From contig NIVC01002943.1 in the NCBI GenBank assembly GCA_002269645.1, positions 63,402 to 127,401 on the forward strand: DNA of 64,000 nt, given 5' to 3'. Shown here in pieces: positions 31,505 through 44,496 of this stretch. Within the stretch, counting starts at the first letter, position 1, and each line of letters opens with the position of its first letter. The stretch comes from Macrostomum lignano. Taxonomy: Eukaryota. The translations under genes were made by a program, and so were the position numbers. The notes below the pieces were generated by a model. It had not been told where the DNA came from, did not search any database, and was given only the letters and a program-made list of their open reading frames with translations.

Positions 31505-32697
31505 GCAATATAGACCATGAGTTAAAAATATATTTGTTTGGCTTTTATTGTAATCATTAGTGTTTAATATGTACTTAAATTTTTATATCACATTAGAGAC
31601 ATAAAAAAATGGAAAATCACTAGACAACAAATAAGATAGCTATCTTGACTTTGTTTTTGTCTTTGCAAAATCTTAATAACTTTTGTTTTGATCCTAATAA
31701 AAAGATGGCAACAATATTTTGAGACTAGATTTGAGAAAATTCTTTTTCATAGTAATTTAGATATCCATTTATTTAAATATTGAATAAACATTTTGGTTAA
31801 AAAATATTAAAATAAATCATAAAACAAATTTCATTTTAATACAGTACAAGAATTATAGATAACCATTAACATAGCAATAATAAAATATTTAAATAAATTA
31901 TTGTTATCTAAAAAATACCTTGTTCAATGCCTCGAAAAAATACATTTAAAAGCACTAATAATTTCAACTTTGTCCAAATACTAATAGCTTAGTTAGGGAC
32001 TGAATAAATTATTATGTATATAGCATTTTCATAGAAAATAGTATACCATATTTAGTTTTCATGGCTACTTTTGTGACACAAAATTTGGTTTGTTTATTCA
32101 TTGCAAGGTGGGTCTAAGATCTATTTCATTAAGTTCATTAGTCTCAATAGTAGATTAATTTTGCATTTGTTTTTTATGAGATATTATAATTAACCTTTTA
32201 TCTAGTTAAATTAGATATTAATTAATAAAAATATTTTGTTACTAATTTTTACAAAGTCACTCAAAGTCAAATAGCCTTTTTGTTAAAATTTTGGTATAAA
32301 TTTTTAGGAAACTTTATTTTAAGATAAAGCTTTTATTCTAGTATGCAATACTACATTATCTTGATTCTAGCTTGTGGACCTTAGATAGAAAAGAACAAAT
32401 GAAAAATGGACTAAGAAAAAAGTATAGACTAGAAAGTTAAAAAATTCTTTGAAAGACTCTAATATTAATAAGATTTTGAAAGTTATTTTTTATTAATATT
32501 TTATTCTAATTGGTATCTTATTTGCTTAAAGTTAAATAAAGATATCTCAATATTGAAAATTGGTAAAATTAAATAAGTTACAAAAAATTTTGTATCTTGA
32601 AATTCATTTAGTTAAGAAAAGATTTTTGTTGCAACATATAAATATATTATTAACTTTACAAGCTGGCTAGACCCTGGGAAAGAATATGGCTTAACCT

Positions 32698-33437
32698 CCA
32701 TAGTCAGGAAGGTGGCATGTGTACACCGGAATGAAATTTGGGCAGGGCTACCTATATACGCCAAATGTAACCATATGTATGCCAAATATACTATAATGCA
32801 CACTGAATATACTGTAATGTACCCATGCATGCCAATTAGTTAATTGTTTATCAGCTTATTAAGGCACTGAATGGACACTGATTTTCTGCTTTTTATAGTA
32901 TATATATGTACATTTACCATACATGTACATGCATTATCATTTACACGATCTCAGTTATTGCTAGTCATGCAGTGATACATGTACATTTTAACTATACATT
33001 TTATACATGTACAACTCAATATGTAGTTTTCGCGTCGATAAAAAATTTTGCATTTAAAAATGGCAATGAGGGATTCTACTTATTTAGTGGCTGAAAATAA
33101 ACAAACTTCTACTAAAAATACATGTATTTTGTTTTGCATGAGCAGTAAATTGAAAGTAGAAAAGTGAGTATCACTTGTATTAAACTTTGTTTTTCTAAAT
33201 TTCAATTTCAGAAAATTTTGATTTCAATTTTGATTTGGAAAGTAGCAAATTTCAATTTTGATAGAAAATTTGCTTTTGGAACATCTTTATACATCATGCC
33301 ACATATTTGCGGCGTACATGGCATATGTTAAATGTACGCCAACTGTTGCAAGGCAGACCAAATGTATGTCAAATATCTTTGGCTATGCAGATGCATGTTG
33401 GAATTTTCGACGAAAAAGGCCACCTTCCTGATTATGG
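32698..33437. mobile_element. Non-autonomous DNA transposon, 740 bp, 19-bp TIRs
   Basis: Left TIR ccatagtcaggaaggtggc; right TIR gccaccttcctgattatgg (1 mismatch). Flanks cttaacct (32690-97) and cctaacct (33438-45) give a 7/8 match as an 8-bp TSD. Confidence 0.7.
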
Positions 33438-36400
33438 CCTAACCTAGTCTTAAATCTTTGCCTTTGCAACAATGCCTAAATAATTGTTGCTTTACCCTTT
33501 AAAAGAATATAAAAACACATTTCCGTGCTATTTTTATACTAAATTTATAAAATAAGGCCAAAAATATAAAAATAGGAAAAACATATGCTTTTAGAAAATG
33601 GAAAACCATTGCAAAATTAAAGGAATATAACAAAGGTTAGTAAACACAATAGAATATAAACATATTTGACCACAAAAAATAAAGAAAAAAATTAAGATAG
33701 ATAAATTTTTTCATATACCCCAATAAGAGGCCAGAAAAAATTGTTTTTAAGTTTTTGTCCTTTGAAAAACATAGATAGAACTTTTATATGATACTTTCCA
33801 TTAGACCTATACTAGCCACATTGTTTCTAATGTAAAAAATTACTTGTTCATTTACACAATGGTCAATATTGATTCAAAGTTGGAACAAATATATATGTAA
33901 ATTTCTATTTAATAGAAATTTTGTGCAATTTCTTTTTCAAATATACATTGATATTTTTCTTCTGTTGTATTATCCAAAATGGCATATAATATAGGCCTAA
34001 ACAAGAAAAAACAATGATCTCATTGCCAGCTCTTCTTACAATTCTAATAATGCTAATGGCACCAATGTCATTAGATAAATGGTAAGGTAACTATTACCAC
34101 TGCTTTATAGGAGTGACTTGTCATCTTAAAAGTCAAAGTTGATTTTAATTTTACTTCAAGCTTCATTGCATTGAACATTTATATTTGCATGTAAGCATGC
34201 ATATATGTGCTCTTTAGTCATGAATACACTAGCCATACAACTTACTTTTTGATCAAGAAAGCAACTTAACTATGAAAGAAGCATAGGTAAAGTTAATGTA
34301 ATGTTCTTGTACGATTATGTAAATAGATTATGTAAATACGATTATGGGTAAATAGTAGGAATAACTGTAACTATCTGTATTATAATGGCTAAATGCCTTG
34401 TCAGCTAATTAGTACTTAGGCCTACTATGTCTGTGTACTAATGTAAAATCACTTTTTTTGTTGAATTGAATTTATCACAGCGACATATATAAATTTTATA
34501 TAGTACTTTAAAGTTAAAAGGTAAGTTACATTTCGAAACCACCATTAATGCATGACTATAATATAAAATTTTTAAAGCAGAGAGGAACACATAAAAAACG
34601 TTTTAAAACAAAGCCTTATGACTGTTATGAGCTTTCTAAAACAAACCCAGACGCTCAACTAAACGCACTAGACGCATCAGTTAAAAGGTATTGTGTCATT
34701 TATTATTCTATAACAAAGCTTAAAATAGCTTTTGTTTTAATATCTATGTCTAAAGTAATTGCCGGTAAAGTTCAAAGATTTTGTTATGAAAGTTTTAGAA
34801 CATTTTTGTTACCTCAGTTTAGTTTTGTGTCGGTCTAATGTGGCGATTCTGTCTTCCAAACTTTTAATGGGGAATGAACAAGATAAATCTTGTAGCCTTC
34901 TATGGCGTACAAAGAAAGGACCACTGTCTATATACAGTGGTCCTTGGTACAAAGTATGTAGCATGTGATTTGATTTTACATGTTTCACTGCTGATTTTGT
35001 GGTCTGTACAGACGAGACCGTTATTGTCCTAATCATCATAATCAACTGACTAAAGCGAGAAGAAATCTAAAAAAACATCTTGTCAAGAACCACGAAAAAT
35101 TCGCGATATAATACTGTAATTTTAAGCACACTAAAGTCTCAGCTCTCAGCTTCTTATACCGGTATAAGTTGTCTGAAAAAAGTAACATAATCGTACAAGA
35201 ATCAGAGCTACAAGTGCCCAAGGACTACTCAAGTAACATATACTCAAGTTGTCCTTGCAATTTCCATGCATACTTCCATCGCTGCATCATGAGCTCGATA
35301 CAGTGCTGCACTTGCATAACTTATTGGCTTACATGTATTTAGTCTACATTACATGTATATTATGCTTACTACTACTATTTGCATGTACAGTATAGAATAA
35401 CAATATTATTATACAGTAAGGTATACAGCGTATTACAGAATTCAGAAGTTGGGCAACAACTGGGGTTCATATGATGGCTCGCATTTTTTTACAAAAAGAC
35501 GAACTACATGTACTATATGCTACTAGACGTGCTTACAAACGCACGGCGAGTTTCCATAAACTTAATTAACGACATGATTAATATACATGTAAGTCACACA
35601 TGCATATTTGTGTAAAAGCTGTGTAAAAACCGCGACACAGGTGTCGATGTCGGCGCCCTTTTGACACTGCTTTTAAAACCTGATAGGGAATTTTTTCTTT
35701 TGCAAGTTTTTTATAAATAGCAATCAAAGTACGCGTATTACATGTACATGTATAGCATGTGTAATCGAAGCCCCGCGCTTGCTTGTAAACAATCACGAAA
35801 ACAAATTAACAAACGAAATCTCTCTGCATACACATAAAAATTCCCAGAAGTTTTTGCTACCGTGAAATTTGTCTCGGCCAGCACGCAGCTGTTGTGGAAC
35901 CTATCTAGATTATGTCATTGATTTGTGCACACAGCATTGGATGACCACACATGGCTGATTCATGCATCCAGCCTGTCCTTTGCATGCATGGTGCGCTCCT
36001 ACATGTAGGTGGTCAAAAATGTCATCTGTTATGCGACTGTTCGCTCGCTTGACCGGTGGCCTCTGTGACTTTTTTATTCCTCGCCTTTGCATGTTTTTTT
36101 GAGGCTAATACTCTTGCGCGTCTGTTTTTCACAAATCAATAGCGGCAAGGAGAGGCAACACACGCAGCTTTGCACAGCGGGAGGGCTTGGACAATTCATC
36201 CAGTATAGCCCAGCTACCGCACGCTGCCGCTGCCGTGTCGGCTCTTTCGTCGGGTGTAGCTCGTACTGTAAAGGATCGGATACATGCAGGGGAAGGTTTG
36301 ACATTAAGAAAAAAACCTGCAGGGCCCGGGTCCAAAACACAGCGTTTCAATCTTCCTTCACCCCGTTGGTGGCTGAAGCCGATTTCTGCCAACCACCCGC

Positions 36401-36548
36401 TGCTTTTACTGGCGGACCTACAGTAGCTCCCCCTCGCACCGAGGCTGTGCAGTATTTGTTGGCAAACAATTCATCCTGTGCCTGCAAATTCGGGCAAGTC
36501 GGGACAATCAAAGTCACAAACTAACCAGTGTGTTGCAGCAGCGCCAGC

Positions 36549-39239
36549 ATGACGCCAGCACCGTCCACCAAGACCGAGCAGGACTTTGCCGACTGTGCAT
36601 TCGGCGACTTCTGGCTGCGCAAGATGCGGACGCTCTACAAGCAGCTGGACGCTGTTGGCAACGGCTACCTGTGCCTCGACGACATGATCGAGCTGCCCAC
36701 CTTGCTGCTGGACGCGTTCCCCAAGATGGCGACGGAGTCGGGAGACACGCTGGTCAAGTCAATGATTGACCTCTGGTACGGTTTTCTGTGCACCTCGGTT
36801 GACGAGGACGATCGCTGCCATCACCAGCTGCTGGAGAACGATCTCATCGAGAGCCTGAAACGGACCTTGAACACCGGTTTCAAGGAGCACCTGTACGAGG
36901 GCCTGGTGAAGCCGCTGTTTCAAGCAGCCGATTGCGACGCTGACGGCCTCATCAGCATGCTGGAGTACAAGACTATGATGCGAGCTTTCAAGGTGCCGGA
37001 CCGGGACTCTGAGCTCATCTTCAAGCTGCAGGACACCGAGCACAAGGGCAAGATTGGCTTGGAAACTTTTCGGGCCATCTTGGCGAACTACTTCTACAGC
37101 GAAGACGAAAAGACAGGTAGGAGGTTTGGCCTCACTCCGGTCATTAGCTCGGCCTCACTCTGGTCATTAGCTCGGCCTCACTCCGGTCATTAGCTCGGCC
37201 TCACTCCGGTCATTAGCTTGTTGCACCTCACTCTGGTCATTAGCTTGGCCTCACTCCGGTCATTAGCTCGGCCTCACTCCGGTCATTAGCTTGTTGCACC
37301 TCACTCTGGTCATTAGCTTGGCCTCACTCCGGTCATTAGCTTGTTGCACCTCACTCTGGTCATTAGCTCGGCCTCACTCCGGTCATTAGCTCGGCCTCAC
37401 TCCGGTCATTAGCTTGTTGCACCTCACTCTGGTCATTAGCTCGGCCTCACTCCGGTCATTAGCTTGGCCTCACTCCGGTCATTAGCTTGTTGCACCTCAC
37501 TCTGGTCATTAGCTTGGCCTCACTCTGGTCATTAGCTTGTTGCACCTCACTCTGGTCATTAGCTTGTTGCACCTCACTCTGGTCATTAGCTTGGCCTCAC
37601 TCCGGTCATTAGCTTGGCCTCACTCCGGTCATTAGCTTGTTGCACCTCACTCTGGTCATTAGCTTGGCCTCACTCCGGTCATTAGCTCGGCCTCACTCTG
37701 GTCATTAGCTTGTTGCACCTCACTCTCTGGTCATTAGCTCGGCCTCACTCTGGTCATTAGCTTGTTGCACCTCACTCTGGTCATTAGCTTGGCCTCACTC
37801 CGGTCATTAGCTCGGCCTCACTCTGGTCATTAGCTTGTTGCACCTCACTCCGGTCATTAGCTCGGCCTCACTCTGGTCATTAGCTTGTTGCACCTCACTC
37901 CGGTCATTAGCTCGGCCTCACTCTGGTCATTAGCTTGTTGCACCTCACTCTGGTCATTAGCTCGGCCTCACTCCGGTCATTAGCTCGGCCTCACTCCGGT
38001 CATTAGTTCGGCCTCACTCCGGTCATTAGCTTGGCCCCCAAACGAACGCCTCCCCAACCAAAGGCCTCCGTGTATTCGGGCCGCTCATCAACTACAAGCG
38101 ACCGGAGGACTTCGGCGAGGTGGCGTGCGGCCCCTGCTGGGAGGGCAAAATGCGCTGCATGTTTCGCCGACTGGACATCGCTAATGAAGGCAAAATCAGC
38201 TGCAAGGATTTCATCCAGATAGCCAGGACTTTGTCCGTGCGCAGCCACCTGGACAAGCAGCGGAGCAACGCCGTTATGAGAGCGATTTTATCGTTGTGGA
38301 TCAAGTTTATTGCCGTGGACAAGGACGGTGAGACTTACGATAGTGCATGCTTACACCTGCAACAGGTGTGACTATCAGTGCATCCTCATGATGAACCAAC
38401 GCAACAGGTGTGACTACTATTAGTGCATTCTCATGGTCACCAATGCAACAGGTGTGACTATTAGTGCATTCTCATGGTCACCAATGCAACAAGTGTGACT
38501 ATCAGTGCATTCTTATGGTCACCAATGCAACAGGTGTGACTATCAGTGCATTCTCATGGTCACCAATGCAACAGGTGTGACTATCAGTGCATTCTCATGC
38601 ACTTCCTACGCCAAACCCGCCTCCGACAACGCCGCCCACAGGAAAGCACTTCGCCTCCATCACGGAGAAGGAGTTCATCAAGAACATGCGCACGCTCATC
38701 AATGGGAAATTCCGTCACGAGATCGACCAATTCGGCTGGACTTTCTTCAAGGCCGTGGAAACTTCCGGTGACGGCTACATTCAGCTGCAGGAGTACCGCA
38801 ACATCCAGGAGGCCTGGGGCGTCACCAGGGAGGAGGCCGACGGGTTCTTCAAGGTGCTCGACTTGGACAAGGTGCGCTAGGGATATTGGGGAGATGGTAT
38901 TTTGGTATGAAGGCTTGCAGAAAGTAGATAGAGTGGATATTTGGTAGAGCGGATATTGGGTAGAGTGGATATTTGGTAGAGTGGATATTGGGTAGAGGGG
39001 ATATCAAGTTAATGGGCATCGGAAGGAAGGCATCTTGAGCAAATGATGCATTAATGGAGATTAAGCCTGTAGGATTTGCGGAAGAGAACTGTGGAACCCC
39101 GCCTGCTCACTCCCAGGACAACCGCATCTCGTCAGACGAGTACCTGACGGCCTGGTGCGACTACTTCCTTGGCGAGGACCCGCACAGCAAGTACAAGGCC
39201 CTGTTCGGCCCCGTCATCGCCAAGCCGGCGGCGCCTTGA
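36549..39239 (+). CDS. Tandem (two-module) sarcoplasmic calcium-binding protein/calexcitin-like EF-hand protein, 4 exons, ~394 aa
   Basis: Exons 36549-37116, 38064-38327, 38642-38871, 39117-39239 (1185 nt). Two homologous halves: FWLRKMRTLYKQLDAVGNGYL..DCDADGLISMLEY..FGP and WEGKMRCMFRRLDIANEGKIS..DLDKDNRISSDEY..LFGP. Confidence 0.85.
37127..38033. repeat. 23/27-bp minisatellite (cctcactccggtcattagctcgg), SCP-like intron 1
   Basis: Direct reading. Confidence 0.95.
38358..38600. repeat. 41-bp minisatellite (caacaggtgtgactatcagtgcattctcatggtcaccaatg), SCP-like intron 2
   Basis: Direct reading. Confidence 0.9.
38930..39003. repeat. 16-bp repeat (gagtggatatttggta), SCP-like intron 3
   Basis: About 4 units. 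Confidence 0.75.
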
Positions 39240-39397
39240 CGCGAAACTGAAAGGGTTTTTGAGATAACAACAGCTCGTCAGTTTGATAGCCTCCAAACAA
39301 AATATGCCGCGATAAAAGTACACTCGCTACTTTCTTTATCCTGCCTTTCCTGCCTCTGATTTATTCAATTACTCCTAGCTTTACTCTCGAACTATTT

Positions 39398-39860
39398 GCA
39401 GGTAGATACCCGTTGCTATGCAGGTGGGTATCCGTTGCTATGCTAGTGGATACCTGTTGCTATGCCAGCTGTGTACCCGTTGCTATGCCAGCTGTGTAGC
39501 CGTTGCTATGCAGGTGGGTATCCGTTGCTATGCTAGTGGATACCTGTTGCTATGCCAGCTGTGTACCCGTTGCTATGCCAGCTGTGTAGCCGTTGCTATG
39601 CTAGTGGATACCTGTTGCTATGCCAGCTGTGTACCCGTTGCTATGCCAGCTGTGTAGCCGTTGCTATGCAGGTGGGTATCCGTTGCTATGCTAGTGGATA
39701 CCTGTTGCTATGCCAGCTGTGTACCCGTTGCCATGCCAGCTGTGTAGCCGTTGCTATGCTGTCGGATACCAGTTGCTGCTGTCGGATACCCGCTGCTATG
39801 CTGTCGGATACCCGTTGCTATGCAGGTAGATTCCCGTTGCTATGCCGGGTAGATACCCTA
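39398..39860. repeat. 22-23-bp minisatellite (..ccgttgctatgc..) with ~90-bp four-unit higher-order pattern
   Basis: Direct reading; downstream of the SCP-like gene. Confidence 0.9.
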
Positions 39861-40407
39861 CAACCTTCAAAGCAGGTATATTAAAGTAGTGCCTGTCGAG
39901 CTTCCCAGCTTCACGTGAGGAAATCCATAAAAGATTCCCTGCTCCCAACGCAATGATTCAATAAATAATTCAGCTTTTTCCAAATGCATATTCCAATTTT
40001 CAACCATCCCCTGCTATTTTACATGTACATAGTAATTTAAGCTGCCAATTGACGTAATTTATCCCCTAGAGCAACGCATTCAACACCTTACTTTAAGTAG
40101 CATATAATATTTCACCATGCGATATCGGACTTAAAATATATGATTGCTTTCTTAAAAGCCAATTCGTTAGAAATTATTTAAAGAATCTTAGTAGCTATCA
40201 TAATTTATGGCAGTAAATCCTGCAGTATTGTCGCAGGTGTTGATTGACTTTGTGAGTTGTTTCGCGTACGTACGGCCAGCTGCAATGCAAATCTATCGCT
40301 GCTTGACAGATGAGACCTTCGCCCAGCTGAATTGACTGCTGAGTTGCAGCAAATGTCAATCATTTTAGAATTGGCATCCCGGTGTCCCCATCTACTGGCG
40401 CCCCTCT

Positions 40408-40800
40408 CCGCAATTTGGCGTCCCTCTATTTAGCGTGGCGTCCCTCTTCTCAATGTGGCGCCTAGCTCTTTCCTTGACGTGGCGCCCCTCTCCTTGATGT
40501 GACTCCCCTCTCTTCAATGTGGCGCCCCTTTCCTTGACGTGGCGACCATCTCCTTGACGTGGCGCCCCTCTCCTTGACGTGGCGCCCCTCCTCCTTGACG
40601 TGGCGCCCCTCTCTTCAATGTGGCGCCCCTTTCCTTGACGTGGCGACCCTCTCCTTGACGTGGCGCCCCTCTTTTTAATGTGGAGCCCCTTTCCTTGACG
40701 TGGCGCCCCTCTATTTAATAAGACAACCCACTCTTTAATGTGGCGCCCCTCTGGCACCCCTATTCTCAGCGTGGCGCCCCTATCTTTAATATGGCGCTTC
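40408..40800. repeat. ~20-bp minisatellite (cttgacgtggcgcccctctc)
   Basis: Direct reading. Confidence 0.85.
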
Positions 40801-40919
40801 TTTCTGTAGTGACTTGGCTGCTAACTGGCTATTCAGCAGCATTTACTAGCTATCTCTACGGGCTCTGTGATCCGCTGCACAGCAGCTCAGTCCCCTGTGC
40901 TGGGCCTAAGTGTTTACTA

Positions 40920-41225
40920 CCCGATGACTCATCACCTGCCCTCGCGCGCGCGGAGTGTAATGGCTGCCTAGAGGGAGTAAACAGGATGACTCATCCGCCC
41001 AAGTTATATTTTTAGCACAGAATAAGCACGTGACTGTGCACGCATGCTATGCGTGGCCTCTGACCTTAAATTACGCCACTGCTGCGTGACAGGGTTACCT
41101 TATTTGGAAGTTGGCCTTGGATCACGCATCGCTCGCATGATTCTAAGGACCAAATAAGGGAGTTTCACGCGCTCACCGCATGAAACTCACGTGACTTTTG
41201 GGGGTCCGCTCGGCTATAAATACAG
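40920..41225 (+). promoter_or_regulatory. Candidate promoter upstream of the Myb/SANT gene
   Basis: Two ATGACTCAT (AP-1-type) sites at 40924 and 40986, two CACGTGAC E-boxes at 41027 and 41188, TATAAA at 41215, followed by several TTTCAG acceptors. Confidence 0.4.
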
Positions 41226-42609
41226 AGCATCTGGGAGCCGTTTTTTCCCCAGAGCGTCTCGTCGCGGAGCAGGAGCTGCCTCTCTGCCTCCGAGCTCTCC
41301 TCTCTCATTTCAGGATTTTCAGGTTTTCAGGTTCGAGCAGCAATTTTAGGAACGATCAACTGTCGAGACATTTTTCAGATTTGCCTTGCTCCGAGCGACT
41401 TCGTTATTTTATTTCAGGTGACGGATAGACAACTCTGTCGACGCGTCGAGTCTGCACACCAAGGTGGCAGCAACCCTACCAAGTCTAAGGCTAACGTTTT
41501 AGGTTCTTTTTCAGGCAAATCGATAGGTAGTACAACAGTACTATCTAGCTACTTCCGGAGCAGCGAGTTCTATTTCTAGGAACCTCTTCAAGAACTCGGG
41601 AAGGAGCGTAACATTTCCTTAGCGTGGCGCCCATGTTTCAAGTTGGACGCGAATCTAGCAGCGCCTCAGATAATAAAACTCAAAATATGAGCAGCTCAGA
41701 AAGTGAAAGTGCATTATTGCATGTAGCTCGCACTGTTGAAGAAAAAAGGAATCCATTTAACATTTTTTCTCCATGGAAATATGACTAATTTTCCTAGTAA
41801 GCAAAAAAAGATTCCTGGAGCATATGGTATGCTGGCTGTTGAGACCGAGCCCGCCCAGGGGCATTCAATGTTGAGCGGCTCCCAGATCCCGGCTGAGCCA
41901 CAGCCAGTCATAAGCTGCTTCAGACAGACCCCGACAGGAGATCGCAGAGACAGAAAGACAGAGAACTCAGACTTTCCTCACAATTTTTACTCAGTTCCGA
42001 AAGCCAGAAAAATCTAAGCGAGCCAAGCAGCTCAGCCCAGCGCAGAGATAAAGTCGGGTGCAGGGGGGGGGGAGTCCTCTCTTGGGGCTTAGCGAGCCCA
42101 GTCGGAGGTGCCTGCAATGCAAAGGTAAATCCGCAGCTTGGTGGGTGGGAGAGAGCTGAGCAGGCAAGGGTAAGCGGGCAGCAGCTACTCAGTACTCGCT
42201 CACCTATAAGCCGATTCTGAGAGCTTGTCTCTGCTGAGCCCGCCAGCTTGTGCCTCTCCCTTCCCTCGTTGCGGCACTGCGCTGTACATTGCGCACCCGC
42301 GCGGGACTGCCGCTTTGCCGGCCCAAGAAAATAAAGGAAGAAAGGCCTTTGGGACACGCAGTCAGTAAGCCAAAGCCTTCCGTGTGTCTGTGTGGGACTC
42401 TCGGCAGCTCGCTCGGGGCAGAGGCGTCACCCCTGCTTCCCCAACCGCCCCCTCGGCTGCTTCTACGCGCGCAGAAATTGCCAAGCTGAGCCCCCAAAAC
42501 TGCTCAGCTCAGCCTTGGAATAACAGATTATTTTATTGAATTCCTCCCATTCCCTGACGCCTCTCCCGATTCTGATTTCGTCAGCTCAAGGCAGCAGCGA
42601 CGCGCAAAA

Positions 42610-43671
42610 ATGAAGCGCAGGCCAAACTTCAGCCCCGCCGAGATGGAAGCGCTGATCGACGGCGTGGCGGCCAGCCGGGCGGTGGTGGCCGGCGCCAGCT
42701 CCGGCCGGGTGTCCAAGGCCAGCAAGGAGCGGGCCTGGCTGGCCATCACCGGCGGGGTGAACGCCGTTAGCCAGCTGCACCGCACCGTCGGCGAGGTCAG
42801 GAAGAAGTGGAAGAATCTCCGCATGGTGACGAAGGCCAAGAAGGAGGCGCTGCTGTCCGAGCTGGTCCAGGCGTGCCGCAGCCCCGATGGCCACGGTGGC
42901 GGCGCGGTGGACGCGGCAGCCGCCGCGCTGAAGCAGCTGAGCCCGACAGAGTGCCGCGTCATGGAGATCCTGGAGGGCGGAGCCGCCACCGCCGCTGTCG
43001 ACGCCGCCATAGACGATCTGGATGACGGCCACCAGCTCGGCGACGACGGCAACTGGTCGACAGACGGCCACGCCGCCGACGCCGTGCAGGAGCGGCCGCT
43101 GCCGATCGACAGGTCGGAGATCATCCTCACCCGCCGCCTGCCGCGCCCGGCCTCACCGCTGCCGCTGCCTCCGGCACCGCCGACGCTGACTCTGATGCCG
43201 GCCGCGGCCCAGGCAGCGGTGGCGGCAGCTCCGCCCGCCCTGTTGAAGCCGTCGATCCTGACGGTCGTCGAGTCGCTTCAGCGACGCCTGCTGGCAGACG
43301 CCGAGGCTGCAGCGGCGACCGCGGCAAGCCCGACCGCGCCTCCGTCACCAACGGCCAAAAGCCGCGACCGGCACTGCAGCCGGCCCTGCCAGCGCTGCCG
43401 CTGCTGCCACTGCCGCCCCTCCCCGTCGGCAGGCAGCGGCGAGCAGCACCCGGCCGAGTCCATCGAGCGCCGCCTGCTGCGAGTCGAAGAGCGCCGGCTG
43501 CGGCTCGAGCGCGAGAAGCTTGCCGCCCTGCGCGGCATAGGCGCCAGTCTGCGCCACATCGCCGGCGCCCTGACGATCGGCAACGGAGCGCCGGCTGCGC
43601 TTAGCGACGCCTGCCAGGTTGTTAAGGACGCCGATGAGGAGAGTCAAGAAGCTTCTCAGCAGGATTACTAG
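42610..43671 (+). CDS. Intronless Myb/SANT-like DNA-binding domain protein (MSANTD/NAIF1-like) with C-terminal coiled coil, 353 aa
   Basis: ORF begins KRRPNFSPAEMEALI..KERAWLAIT..VNAVS..RTVGEVRKKWKNLR (Myb_DNA-bind_5 pattern) and ends with RRLLRVEERRLRLEREKLAALRGI. GC-rich codon usage like the other genes. Confidence 0.85.
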   Translation: MKRRPNFSPAEMEALIDGVAASRAVVAGASSGRVSKASKERAWLAITGGVNAVSQLHRTVGEVRKKWKNLRMVTKAKKEALLSELVQACRSPDGHGGGAVDAAAAALKQLSPTECRVMEILEGGAATAAVDAAIDDLDDGHQLGDDGNWSTDGHAADAVQERPLPIDRSEIILTRRLPRPASPLPLPPAPPTLTLMPAAAQAAVAAAPPALLKPSILTVVESLQRRLLADAEAAAATAASPTAPPSPTAKSRDRHCSRPCQRCRCCHCRPSPSAGSGEQHPAESIERRLLRVEERRLRLEREKLAALRGIGASLRHIAGALTIGNGAPAALSDACQVVKDADEESQEASQQDY

Positions 43672-43806
43672 AGACTGTTGTGACCAGATACTCAAATTTG
43701 AGTTCCCTTTTATTGATGATGGCTGAGCATTTCTCAACTCAGAACTTTGAGCCACAGGTAGTGGCAGCCTCTGCTGCTTCCGATGCCTGAGCTTCTCCTT
43801 GTGCCA

Positions 43807-44496
43807 GACTGACTGACTGACTGACTGACTGACTGACTGACTGACTGACTGACTGACTGACTGACTGACTGACTGACTGACTGACTGACTGACTGACTGA
43901 CTGACTGACTGACTGACTGACTGACTGACTGACTGACTGACTGACTGACTGACTGACTGACTGACTGACTGACTGACTGACTGACTGACTGACTGACTGA
44001 CTGACTGACTGACTGACTGACTGACTGACTGACTGACTGACTGACTGACTGACTGACTGACTGACTGACTGACTGACTGACTGACTGACTGACTGACTGA
44101 CTGACTGACTGACTGACTGACTGACTGACTGACTGACTGACTGACTGACTGACTGACTGACTGACTGACTGACTGACTGACTGACTGACTGACTGACTGA
44201 CTGACTGACTGACTGACTGACTGACTGACTGACTGACTGACTGACTGACTGACTGACTGACTGACTGACTGACTGACTGACTGACTGACTGACTGACTGA
44301 CTGACTGACTGACTGACTGACTGACTGACTGACTGACTGACTGACTGACTGACTGACTGACTGACTGACTGACTGACTGACTGACTGACTGACTGACTGA
44401 CTGACTGACTGACTGACTGACTGACTGACTGACTGACTGACTGACTGACTGACTGACTGACTGACTGACTGACTGACTGACTGACTGACTGACTGA
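43807..44496. repeat. Perfect (GACT)n microsatellite, ~690 bp
   Basis: Direct reading. Confidence 0.98.

Noticed and set aside
41200-42530. Possible LTR/PBS upstream of the Myb gene
   Set aside because: No second LTR, TG..CA ends or gag/pol ORF found.
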